NCBI GenBank assembly: GCA_030390025.1
Contig: CM059453.1
Coordinates: 12,586,001-12,650,000, forward strand
Direction: 5' to 3'
From: Squalus acanthias
Lineage: Eukaryota
DNA length: 64,000 nt
Position 1 is the stretch's first letter; the number at the start of each line of letters is the position of its first letter. Positions 12,935-24,900 of this stretch are shown piece by piece. The notes below the pieces were generated by a model. The model did no database searches. It saw only the letters and a list, made by a program, of their open reading frames with translations, and was not told where the DNA came from. Both the position numbers and the translations under genes were made by a program.

Positions 12935-15900
12935 CTCGCATTTATCTAGCGCCTTTCGCGATCACAGGACGAACCAAGCCATTCTGAGCAATGATGATGG
13001 TCATCATGATGGTGATATTGATTGTGAAATTGATGATGATGGTGAGGGATTGCATGATCGTGATGTTGCTGGTGATAACAATGGTGATGTTTATGTTGAT
13101 GTTGTTGATGGTGATTTTGAAAATGCTGTTGGTGATGGTGATTGAGATAGCGATAAATGATGGTGACAGTGAAGGTTAAAATGAAGTTGATCATGGTGCT
13201 GATGATGCTGGTGCTGATGGAAATCTTTAAAAATGGTGACGAATTTGCTAATGGTGAGGATGTTGATAATAATGGTGATGGTGCTGTTGATGATGATGGT
13301 GATGGTGATGCTGCTGATGTTGGTAATGATGGTAATAACAATGAATGTGACAAATGTAACGGTTATTATTTTATTTTTCTTATATCCGTGATAATTCGCA
13401 AAGTAAAGCTACATGCACATGTAACTTGGCCAAATTGCAATTTGCAACAGATCACATTTTCTCTCAGAGATGCATTCTACTTCAGAAACATAGTGAATGA
13501 TAATTCTGTTGGTTGATCATATAAAATGGAGAGAATCACAAAGGAAGCTTGTGTATCACTTCACCCCATTGTCTTATCAAGTGACGTCATTGGAAAGGAC
13601 AATCATGAGAAGTGTTCGAATGGCTACCTGAGGAAATGCATTTCACCCCCAAGAGCTTCACCATTGACTGGATGTACCAATTGAAGAATGATTTGCAATG
13701 AAAACGTAACGATTTGCAGCTGAAACCCTGTTTGTGTGGGATGCCTGTAGGTCTCTGTTTTTTTTGTTGCAGGATTGGATGATACCACGAAAACTCCAGG
13801 TGAGGAGGTTAGCTCACGATGAACAGTGCTGGGTTTGTCACTCATTTGGGGCGCTACTGCTAAACAGAGAGGTATCACGTTGGTGCCAATTTTGCGTTGG
13901 TGTTTATATTCAACAGAACTAAATATCAGGCAGCGGAAACTATCGCCCCCATTTTGCGCTTAAGCACAAAACGAGGTTCCATGATAATTCCTCTGTAAGG
14001 GATGATTTAAAGTCTCTTTTGTATTACAGCAAATTAAATAACGAGGGTCGTGATTGGAAATGGGCGAAGACACCACATTGGCGCAATCTCTTTCGGAATC
14101 CTTCATAGTATTTAGGTTGAATTGAACACAATACCACCTATGTCCAATTTCACACCTAAAACTCTGAGCGGAAATCTGAACGCCAGCAAATGACTAATAT
14201 GACATAACTGGAAATGTCAGGTAGCTCTTTAGCAATGAAATGTTTGAAACGGTAATTTCTGTATTCCAGAACAAGGTGCAACCAAAGAAGCGTTGAAAGA
14301 TTTAGGTAACAAAATGTTTTCTGCCTGTAGAGTACTTTGGTACAGTTATAAGGTACAACAGCCCAATCCTTTGCTTGACAATAATTAAAAGTATATAAGG
14401 TTCAAAGGCTATGACACAAGTTTGTTTTCGTTAGAAATCCCATGTTATACTTTATTACCTCCAGATTAGGCTACTCCAATGCTGTCCCAGCCAGATCCTC
14501 GCTTTGCAAATTCCGAAAACATCAGCTCACAGTAAAGTCTGCAACTGCTTCCTAACTCACAGCTATTTCCATTCACCTATCACCCCTACTTCGCTGACTT
14601 GATTTGGCCACCAGTACGACAACACTGCGATTTTAAAGTTTAGGTCCCTCCAAAGCCTGATGCTCTCCCTATCACTGTAACCTCCAGTAGCCCGATAACA
14701 ATCAGAGATATCTGTGCTCCTTCAATTACGTCCTCTTGTGTCTCCTCAATATTCATCGCTCGACCGTTGACCATGCCTTCATCCGCCTTGGCCATAAGCT
14801 CTGGAATTCCCTGCCTGAACCTCTCCACCTCAACACAGCATCTCCTTTTAAAGTGTTCCTCAATCATAGAATCATGGAAGATAGGAGCAGATGTAGGCCA
14901 TTCGGCCCCTCTAGCCTGCTCCGCCATTCAATGCGATCATGGCTGATAATCCAAATTCAGTACCCTGCCCTGCTTTCTCCCCATATCCCTTGATCCCTTT
15001 AGACTTAAGAAATATATCCAACTCCTTCTTAAATCTATTTATTGAATTGGCCTCTACTGCCTTCTGTGGCATAGAATACCATAGGTTCACCACTCTCTGG
15101 GTGAAGAAATTCCTCCTATTTTCTGTCCTAAATGGCTTACCCCTTATCGTTAGAATGTGACCCCTGGTTCTGGACTCCACGAACATCGGGAACATCCTTC
15201 ATGCATCTAGTTTGTCCTGTCCTGTCAGAATTTTATAAGTTTCAATGTGATCCCCTCTCATTCTTCTAAACTCCAGCGAGTATAAGCCCAGTCGACCCAA
15301 TCTCTCTTCATACGTCATTCCTGCCATCCCAGGTATCAGCCTTGTGAATCTTCGCTGAACTGCTTCCATGGCAAGAACATCCTTCCTCAGATAAGGCGAC
15401 CAAAACTGCACACAGTACTCAAGGTGTGGTCTCACCAAGGCCCTGTGCAAAACACACCTCTTTGACCTGTCCTGATATCTCCTTATGTTCTCGGATTCAC
15501 TCTTTGCTCAACATCGTAACAGTTAAGAGATTTGCGATATTTCTGTACTTTGAAATTGGCTATATAAATGCACGTTGTTGCTGTAATATTGGAATGTTAT
15601 TAAGATAGAACTGTTAATCAGTGAAGACGCATAATTAATAATTGGTTACTTGATAATAACACAGCACTGTGCGATAATAAGCGAGTGAACTTATACAGAA
15701 AAATGAATATTGGAATTCGCCTTTTGAGGTATTTCCAAAAGGGCGGTATCGAATCGGCGCCCATTTATACCCCCACCAGTTATTCAGTTCCTTGAATTTG
15801 GACTTATCTAACCATCAAGCGGGGCGTATAACAGGCGGCCGGTACAATACCACCCATTTAGCGCTCTCTTAAACAGGAAGATCTTTCGACACAGGACTTT

Positions 15901-18900
15901 ATGTGCTAAAAGTTTCAGGAGATTTAAAGTAAGCATATCATTGGGCAACGTCCTGTGTCGTACAGAAAAACTCAGCCAATCGTAACTTGCCTAGTTCAAC
16001 GACATTCTTGGCAATAAACTTTCCTTTGCCTTCTCAACTAAATTCCTTACTAATTACAGAAGAGAAGCTGAAAGCAACAGAAGACGGTAAATGATTTTCT
16101 AATTCAGTGTTTACAAATGCCTTATAACTGGAATTAATAACAACATAGGAACAGGATTCGAAAATTGAAACAGAAAAATAAATGTTGCAAATTAAATGAA
16201 ACATGACCGTGGTGGCATTTTTCTGATGATGTTGAGGTTCATGATAGTGATGATGATGGCAAAGGTGATGATGAAGGTGACGGTTATTCTCGAGCTAGTG
16301 AGGCTGCCGATTATGGTCATGGTGATGGGAATAATAATGATGAGAATCATAATAATGATGATCATGATGATTGTACTGATGATTGTGGAGATCATGGGGA
16401 TTATGTTGATGATGGTGATGATGATTATAATTCCGACGATGGGGCTGATATTAATGATGTTGGTGATGGTGTTGATGGTGATCACAATAACGTTGATGCT
16501 GATGATGGCGATTTTGATGGTGCTGATGATGTTGATGAAATTGATAATTTTGCTGTTGATGACTGGATAGACTAGAGAAGCTTTGGGAGCTCTCTTTAGA
16601 GCTGAAAATTCTGAACGCAGATTTAATAGAGGTGTTGAAAATCATGATGTTTCTAGACAGTGGCGGGATGGAGGAGAACCAGAGAACACAGCTTTAACGA
16701 TAGCAAAATAATGCGGATGCTGGAAATCCGAAATAACAACAGAAAACGCTTAAAAACTCAGCATGCCAGGCAGCATCCGTGGAGAGAGAAACAGAGTTAA
16801 CGTTTCAGGTCGAAGACCTTTCGTCAGAACTGGAAAAAAGCAGTAAATGAAATAGATTTCAAGCAAGTATAATACTGGGAAAAGGGGGAGGGGATGAAAG
16901 AACAATAGGCAAGGTCAGTGGTGGGATAGATAGCAGGAGAGATTAAGAGACACAAAGAGATAATCAAGGCAAGAGGGGTGTTAATGTGACAGGTAGAGGC
17001 AAGCTGAAGTGTGAACTGGGCTGGCAGAATGAAGGACAGCTGCCAGCTTCTGCGAGGGGAAAAAAAGGCCAAACAAAAGGGTGGATGAAAAAACAAAATA
17101 AAAATATATATATATGTGATATGGGCCAAGGTTATGACCTGAAATTGTTGAACTCGATGTTGAGTCCAGAAGGCTGTAGGGTGCCTAAACGAAAGATGAG
17201 GTGCTATTCCTCGAGCTTGCGCTGATCTTCCGTGGAACAATGCAAGAGGCCGAGGACGATGTGGTCAGAGAGGGAGTGGAGTGGAGAATTAAAGTGACAG
17301 GCCACCGGGAGCTCGGGGTCCCCCTTACGGACTGAACGGAGGTGTTCCACAAACACAGCTTTAAGGTTATTTGCAAAAGCACCAAATGCGACATGAAGAA
17401 AAAAAGCTTTTGTTCACAGCGAGTTGTTGACATCTGGAATGCAGTGCCTGAAAGAGTGGTGAAGGTAGACCCAATCACTGCTATCAAAAGGGAATTGGAT
17501 AATTACATAAAGGAAAAAAAGATGAAGGGAAACAGGGAAAGGGCGAGGGAGTGGGACTTGCTGAAGTGGTCTTGCAGAGAGCTGGCATGGGTTCCACGGG
17601 CCAAATGACCTCCATCTGTGCTGTTAATTTTCTATGGTCCTATTATTGTATGATCACATCAGCAGCCTCTTCTGTACACAGACCTATTTCATCCTTTAAA
17701 CGTCGAAGTAAAGAATAAATAGGACACATGTTTGATAGACTAGAGATTGAATATATTTCAACCGAAAATATTCATTATTGATTGAATGTAACAACGCAAG
17801 GATGAATGCCAAATTAATCGTTAATTTAATGTCTTAAATTAACAGCCTCTCTACTTGCCTTTAACAAAATAAAATGCTCCAAGGCGCTTGACAGGTGTAT
17901 TTCCAAACAAAATGCTTCAAATAGACATTTCAGGTAATATTAGAGAAGTGTAGAGATATGGACGTGATGAAGGGCTGTAGGAGGAAACAGAGATAGGGGC
18001 GAGTGACGTCAAGAAGGATTTGTAATAAAGGATGATATTTTGAAAAATTCTCAGCTATACATCTTGACATCTGTAGTTGGGGCTTTTAAATCAGAATGCC
18101 TCTTTGTATGGGTTGCCTAAAGAGCTTTGTCATTATTCTTCGCAGAACTGGAAGAGTACAAGAAAACTCCAGATGGACAAGGTTCGGACACAATGTAGAG
18201 TGATGGGGTAGAAAATCGTCTTGTCAGGTAGCGATAAAAGAGCAGTTATCACATTGGGATCCCAACATACATTGAGGCAGAAGTCACTCGAAGTGAATAT
18301 CGTGCGGGTCATATTACAGGAGGACTATACGGTAAGGCCAATTTTACACTAAAGCACAACATCTAATTCCAATACTGGTCCATCTGAATATTAAACAGGA
18401 GATAAAGTTATCTTTATATTACAGTGGTATGAATACCTAGGCGTGAAATTGGACAAGGGAGGTAAAAGGATACCCGCAGAATCTCCCTGTGCGATCTTTG
18501 GAAAACACGCCCTATATTCAGTTCTTTGAAGTCATTGGAACTGATGACGGCGAGTTGATTATAACGGGTGACTGATGCGATAGGGCCCGTTATGCGTGGC
18601 CGGCCAGTTCCAATTGCACACCTCAATCACTGACTGGCAATCTGATGCAGGAGTTTCACCAGGAACCAAATGGTTTATCGTGATTGTATGTTGCCTCCCT
18701 GTCAGTCAATATTCGCATTTGGTAGCCTGGAGGTGGTGAAAGGCACGATAGAAGTGTAAGTTATTTCATTCTTAAAACATCCTCTGCCCAATTGAAACTG
18801 ACAATTCCTTCACAAAGTTTGGGAAATCTGTACAAACTTGGGGGTGTTGGGCTGAAATGTAACGAAAGTCTATTGAAATGGATGGGATTTAACGTTTATT

Positions 18901-21900
18901 GTTGTGTATTCCAGCACTCGCAGAATGTAAAGAATTAGTGAAGAATGCAGGTTAGAAACGGGATTTATATCCGGACAGACTATTGGAAAGTTACAGTACA
19001 TAACAGAATAAATTATTTACAGGACTCAGAAATCAGCAATCTTTCACTGAGCTATTAAAATGTTAGCTTTTCCTTCTCATTCAACATGATCTCCTGTCTC
19101 TAAAATTCTAATGCTGCCCTTAATCATATTCACACAATTTCCCATGCAAAATTTCGCCACGTGCTCGTTGACCTGTATTGCCTCTGGATCGGGCAAAGCA
19201 GTTACCTTAAATTTGTCATCTTTGGGGACATTTTCAGTGTCCTCTCAATCTCCATATCGCTGTAACATTCGCTCACTGGATAAATGTCTGAGGTTTTGCA
19301 TTCAACCAATTACATCCTGCAATACTGCGTGTGCATGTCCTGTTCTCTTCGCTCCATCATTGACATCCGGGCCTTCCGCCGCTTTGTCCCGAAGCTCTGG
19401 GACACACTGCATAAACCAACCGCCCCTCCTCCTTTCTCTAATTCTTTAAGGCGTTCTTTAAAATGTATTTCGTTGATCAAGCTTTTGTTACCATGCCCAA
19501 ATAAATGAATTGAATCTGGCCACGAATACAGCAAACGAAGCACTCGGACTAATTTCCAAAGGAACAGAATACAAAATAAACAAAGAATTAGTGTCATATT
19601 TGTGCAGAACATTGGGAAGAGCGCTCTTGGAATAACGTACACATTTATGTTCTCAATATTATTAAAAAGGAATAAAGTCCCGAAAGGCTGTATTCTGAGC
19701 TTTACAGTCTATGATTGACAATGAAGTGTCGTACAAAAGAAATAGCGAAACACAAGTTGCTTTTTACGTTTGTCTTTCTTGGAATTATTAATTCCTGTTT
19801 ATACACAAAATTGAATGATTTGCTCCTTTACAGAAGATAAGTTGAAAGCAACAGAGGACGGTAAGTGAATTTCAAATTCAGTGTTAACAAATGCATTATA
19901 ACTGGAATTACAAAGAACATTCTGACGGTTACCCTGGTGCTGGTGATGTTGACGACTTTGATCATTGTGAATGGAATGATAATGATGAGCATCATAATGA
20001 CGATGATTACGATGCCAATGATGAAGATGGTGATGATGGCTATCGTGGAGATGATGGGGATTATATTGATGATGGTGATGATGATTATAATTCTGACGAT
20101 GTGGCAGATAATAATGATGGTGTGGATGATGCTGGTGATCCTAATGATGGCGATGCTGATGATCGCGATTGTGATAGTGCTGATGATGTTGATGAAAGTG
20201 ATAGATAGCCAAGAGAAGCTGGGGTTGCTCTCCTTGGAGCAGAGAAGTTTGCGAGGAGAATTAATAGAGGTGCTGAAAATCATGATGGGTCCAGACAGAG
20301 CAGATAGAGAAAAACTGTTCCCTTTGGCTTAAGGGTCGGGAGCTAGAGGACACATATATAATGTGATTGACAGAAGAACCAACAGCGACATGAAGAAATA
20401 CTTTCTTTCCACAGCGACTGTTTAGGATCTGGAATGCACTGCTTGAAAGGGCGGTGGAATCAGACTCAATCGTGGCTTTCAACAGGGAATTGATTAATTA
20501 CCTGAAAGATTAAAAAATGAAGTGCAACAGGGATAGAGCGGGGGCGTGGGACAAGCTGAAGTGCTCTTGCAGAATGCAGGCATGGGCTTGACCGACTGAA
20601 TGACCTTCTGTGCGATAAATATTATATGAACCTATTATTATATGATCTCATCGGAAGCACTCAGCCCTATTCCATCTTTTGAACCTCAACATTAAGAAAA
20701 ATTAGGAACATTGTTTGCTGGGCTACCGAGTGAATATGTTCCGTCCCAAAATATTCATTAATGACTGGATGTACATTAATCACAAACATAATGAAAAAAC
20801 TTGGCTCTATATAGCGCGTATAAAATAATAAAATACCCAAAGGCGCTTCACAGGAGCATTATCAAACACAATGTGCCAAATAGACACTTCAAGTGATATT
20901 AGGATAGGTGCCCTATTGGTAAGATGCAGTGATAGTGTGTAAGGATTAAGTTAAATTAGGAGAGAGAGGTAGAGAGGCGGATAAGTGTTGGGGAAGGAAT
21001 ACCGGGGATCAAGGCCTAGGCATCTGAAGGCACGGCCGCAAAAAGCTGGATCAATAAAAATTCGTGGATGTGTAAGAGACCAAAATTGGAGGAGTGCAGA
21101 GATCTCGACGTGTTGAACATGCTGGAAGAGGTTAGAAAGATAGGGGCAAGAGACACAAAGAAGGATTTCTAAAAAAGGATCATATTTTAAAAATTCACAG
21201 CTTCACATCATGGCAACTGTAGTTGGTGCTTTGAAATGAGAATCCCTCTGTGTGTGTTGCCTAAAGAGCTTTGTCATTATTCATTGTAGAACTGGAAGAA
21301 TACAAGAAAACTCCAGATGGACAAGGTTAGGTCACAATGTAGATCGGTGGGGTAGAACTTCGTCTTGGCTGGTGGCGGTAAACGAGCAGTTATCACATTG
21401 GGATCCCAATATACGTTGATGCTGAATTCAATGGAAGTGAATATCGTGCGGATCACATTACAGGAGGCCTCTCCGTTAAGGCCAGTTTTACACTAAAGCC
21501 CAACATCTAATTCCAATACTGGTCCATCACAATATTAAACAGGAGTTAAAGTTCTCTTTATATTACAGTGGTATGAATACCTAGGCATGAAATTGGACAT
21601 GGGAGGTAATGGCATATTCGCAGATATTACCTTTGCGCCCGTTGTAAGACAAGCCCTATATTCAGTTCTTTAAAGTCAATGGAACTGATAACGGCCAGTT
21701 GCATATAACGGGTGACTGATGCAATAGGGCCCTTTATGCGCGCCCGGACATTTCCAATTGCACACCTGAATCACTGACAGGCAATCTGATGAAGGAATTT
21801 CAGCAGAAATCAGCTGGTTTATCGGGGCTGTATGTTGCTCCCGGTGAAGCAATATTCGATGGAATAATCACTGTTCCCAAGAGAAAGCGACACAATACAA

Positions 21901-24900
21901 TATTTAGAAGACGAGCTGTTGAATTCTACCTTGTGTCCACGATAATATGTATCCATGAAACAAGAACACTAAAAAGCAACAGATTATCTTTCATTTATTT
22001 CATTGTGGATTGAGGGAGCTGGCTATGTGCAAATTGACTGCCACCTTTCCAACATTACAACTTTGACTACGCTTCCAATATGATTCACTGGCTGTGACCC
22101 GTCTTCGGGCGCCTGGAGATCATGAAAGGCACGATAGAAATACAAGTTATTTCAATTTTAACACGTCCTCTGCGCAATTGTAAGTGACAAGTTGTTCACA
22201 AAGTTTTGGAGATCTGTACAAACTTGGGGGTGAAATGCAACGAATTTCTATTGAAATGGATGGGATATAACGTTTAACGTTGTTTATTCCAGTACTCGCT
22301 GCATGTAAAGAGTTATTGAAGAATACAGGTAAGGAACGGGATTTCTATTCGTAGAGAAATCTGAAAAGTTATCGTGCATAACAGAATAAATTATTTACAG
22401 GACTCAAAATGAAGCAATCTTTCAGTGGGCTATTAAAAATGTTAGCTTCACTCTTTATTTTACATGAAAACCTGTCTCTAAAGTTCTAATGCGGCCGCTA
22501 ACCATATTCAGATGATATCCCTTTCAAAATTCGACCGTGGGTTCCTTGACCTGGATCGGGCATCACATTTGTCTTAAAGCTGTCATCCTTGGGGAGAAAT
22601 AGTTAGTGTCCTCTGAAACTCCATAGCGCTGTAACATTCGCTAACGGGACAAATATCGGAGATTTTGCATTCATCCAATTCCATCCTCCAATACCTCTTG
22701 TGCAGGCCCTATTTTCATCGCTCTAGCATTGGCATCTTTGTCTTCCGCCACTTTGAACCTTAGATCTGGAATAAACTGCAGAAACCAACCGCCCCTCCTC
22801 CTCTCTCTCTTCCTTTAAGGCGCTCTTTAAAAATTAAGGATTTGATCAAGCTATTGTCAACATGCCCTAATTAAGGAAAATGTGTAACTAGGAAAGAGGG
22901 GAACTAGGGTCGAGGGGAACAGATAAACCCCTCTGTAGAATTAGGGACACAAGTTAATCAGGCCACGAAAAAAGCTAAAGAAAGGACTTGGCCTAATTTC
23001 CGAAGGAACAGAACTGAAAAGCAGATAATTAGTGTCATATCTGTATAGAACGTTCGGCAGAGCGCTCTTGGAATATTTTGCAAAGTTATGGTCTCGATAT
23101 TATAAAAAGTATATGGAGTCCCATTGGAAAATGTTAAAACTAGTTACAAGGATGATATTTGAACTGAGAGTATAACCTATTGGTAAAGACCAATAAAGCG
23201 GCTGATCTTTATCTCGAAATCTGAAGGCGCAGGGGTGACCTGATAGAAGTCTGTAAAAGTACGAACGGTTTTATACGGTAGATGTAGCGAAATGATTCCA
23301 CTTGTAGTGGAGACACAAAGCTAGAGGCGGTAAATGTAAGATAATTACTAATAAATCCTGCAAGTAATTCTGGAGAAACAGGCGCATAATGGAGCATAAA
23401 TATCGGCATGTTGGGCTGAAAGTCTGTTTTCTAAGCTTTACAGTCTTATGCTGGCAATGAAGTGTAGTACATAAAAAATATCGAAACACAAGTTGCTTTT
23501 TACCATTGACATTCTTGGAAATTTTAATTCCTGTTCAGTCATAAATTAAATGATTTGAACATTTACAGAAGATAAGTTGAAAACAACAGAAGAAGGTAAT
23601 TAATTTTGCATTCATTATTGATAAATGCATTTCTTCTCTATATGTATCCTTTTCCCCATACTGGAAATTGTGCAGTTTCCAAAATTCATCTGACCCACGT
23701 TAGGGAATGAGTGTTGGATATGTTATTCGGATTTTCATCAGCAGTGGCTCAGTTGGTTCCACTCTGGCCTTTGAGTCATCACGTCGTGGGCTCAATGACC
23801 ACTCCAGAGATTTGAACAAAAATTCCAGTCTGGCACTCCAGTGAAAGTACTGAGCGGGTGCTGTCGTGTAGGAGGTATCGGCTGCTGGATGAGACATTAA
23901 ACCGAAGCTTTCTCCGCCCTAGCAAGTGGACGGCAAACCTCCCATGGCATTATTTCGGAGAATAGGAGGTGAGTTGTCGGCGGGATGCGGTCCAATATTT
24001 TTCCCTCAACCAACAAAGGAAAAATGTCAGAAGTCGCACAACACCAGGTTATAGTCCAACAGTTTTATTTGAAATCACAAGCTTTCGGAGCGCTGCTCCT
24101 TCGTCAGGTGAAGTGAAGAGATGTATATAGGCACAGCATATATAGTTAGCGAACACTGCCAGATGATTACAGTTAATCTTTCTAACTGCTGACTTTTTCC
24201 TGACTGACCTGTTCGGACACCATCCACACCTTTGATTGCCATGATTATCTCTCTACGGAGGTGTGATAAAGGGCAGTTAGAAAGATTAACTTTAATCATC
24301 TGGCAGTGTTCTCTGACTATATATGCTGTGCCTATATGCATCTCTTCACTTCACCTGACGAAGGAGCAGGGATCCGGAAGCATCTGATTTCAAATAAAGT
24401 TGTTGGACTATAACCTGGTGTTGTGCGACTTCTCACATTTGTGCACTCCAGTCCATCACCGGCATCTCCACATCAACGTAAGGAAATAAATCGATGTTGT
24501 GGTCATTATCTCCTTGCGGCCTCTGCGGTATTGCAGTGCGTTATTTGCATCCCAACTTTCCTAAATAAAGTACTACTTAGCGTTCAATCACTTTGGGATG
24601 TCCCGAGGTAGTGAACAATAGAAACGGTCTCTTTATTAAAACGTTTTTAAAATTTATACAAAGGTGGATAGGGTTGGCGGGTGTAAATGTCACGCATTTC
24701 TGTTGAAATATTGATGCTGAAATGTTTCATTTGGCGTATTGCAGAACTCGCTGCATGCAAAGAAACTTTAAAAGATGCCGGTAAGAGAATAGAATTGTTC
24801 TGTATAAAAATTATCTTGCACAGTTATGTTTCAAACTGACGTAGAATAAAGCAATGTTTGAACGAAAAAAAGNNNNNNNNNNNNNNNNNNNNNNNNNNNN

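Larger units (their letters stand above)
23740..24610 (+). mobile_element. tRNA-derived DeuSINE (SacSINE1-like), interrupted by a PLE insertion
   Basis: A-box-like gtggctcagttgg and Deu-domain-like actccagtgaaagtactgag..ggatgagacattaaaccga..cccatggcattatttcg..aatattttccctcaaccaac. Confidence 0.7.

Noticed and set aside
12510-12949. ORFs containing X runs (also near 24858 and 44542-44960)
   Set aside because: Artefacts of translating through N gaps.
23740-23815. tRNA-like sequence
   Set aside because: Degenerate head of a DeuSINE with no complete cloverleaf.
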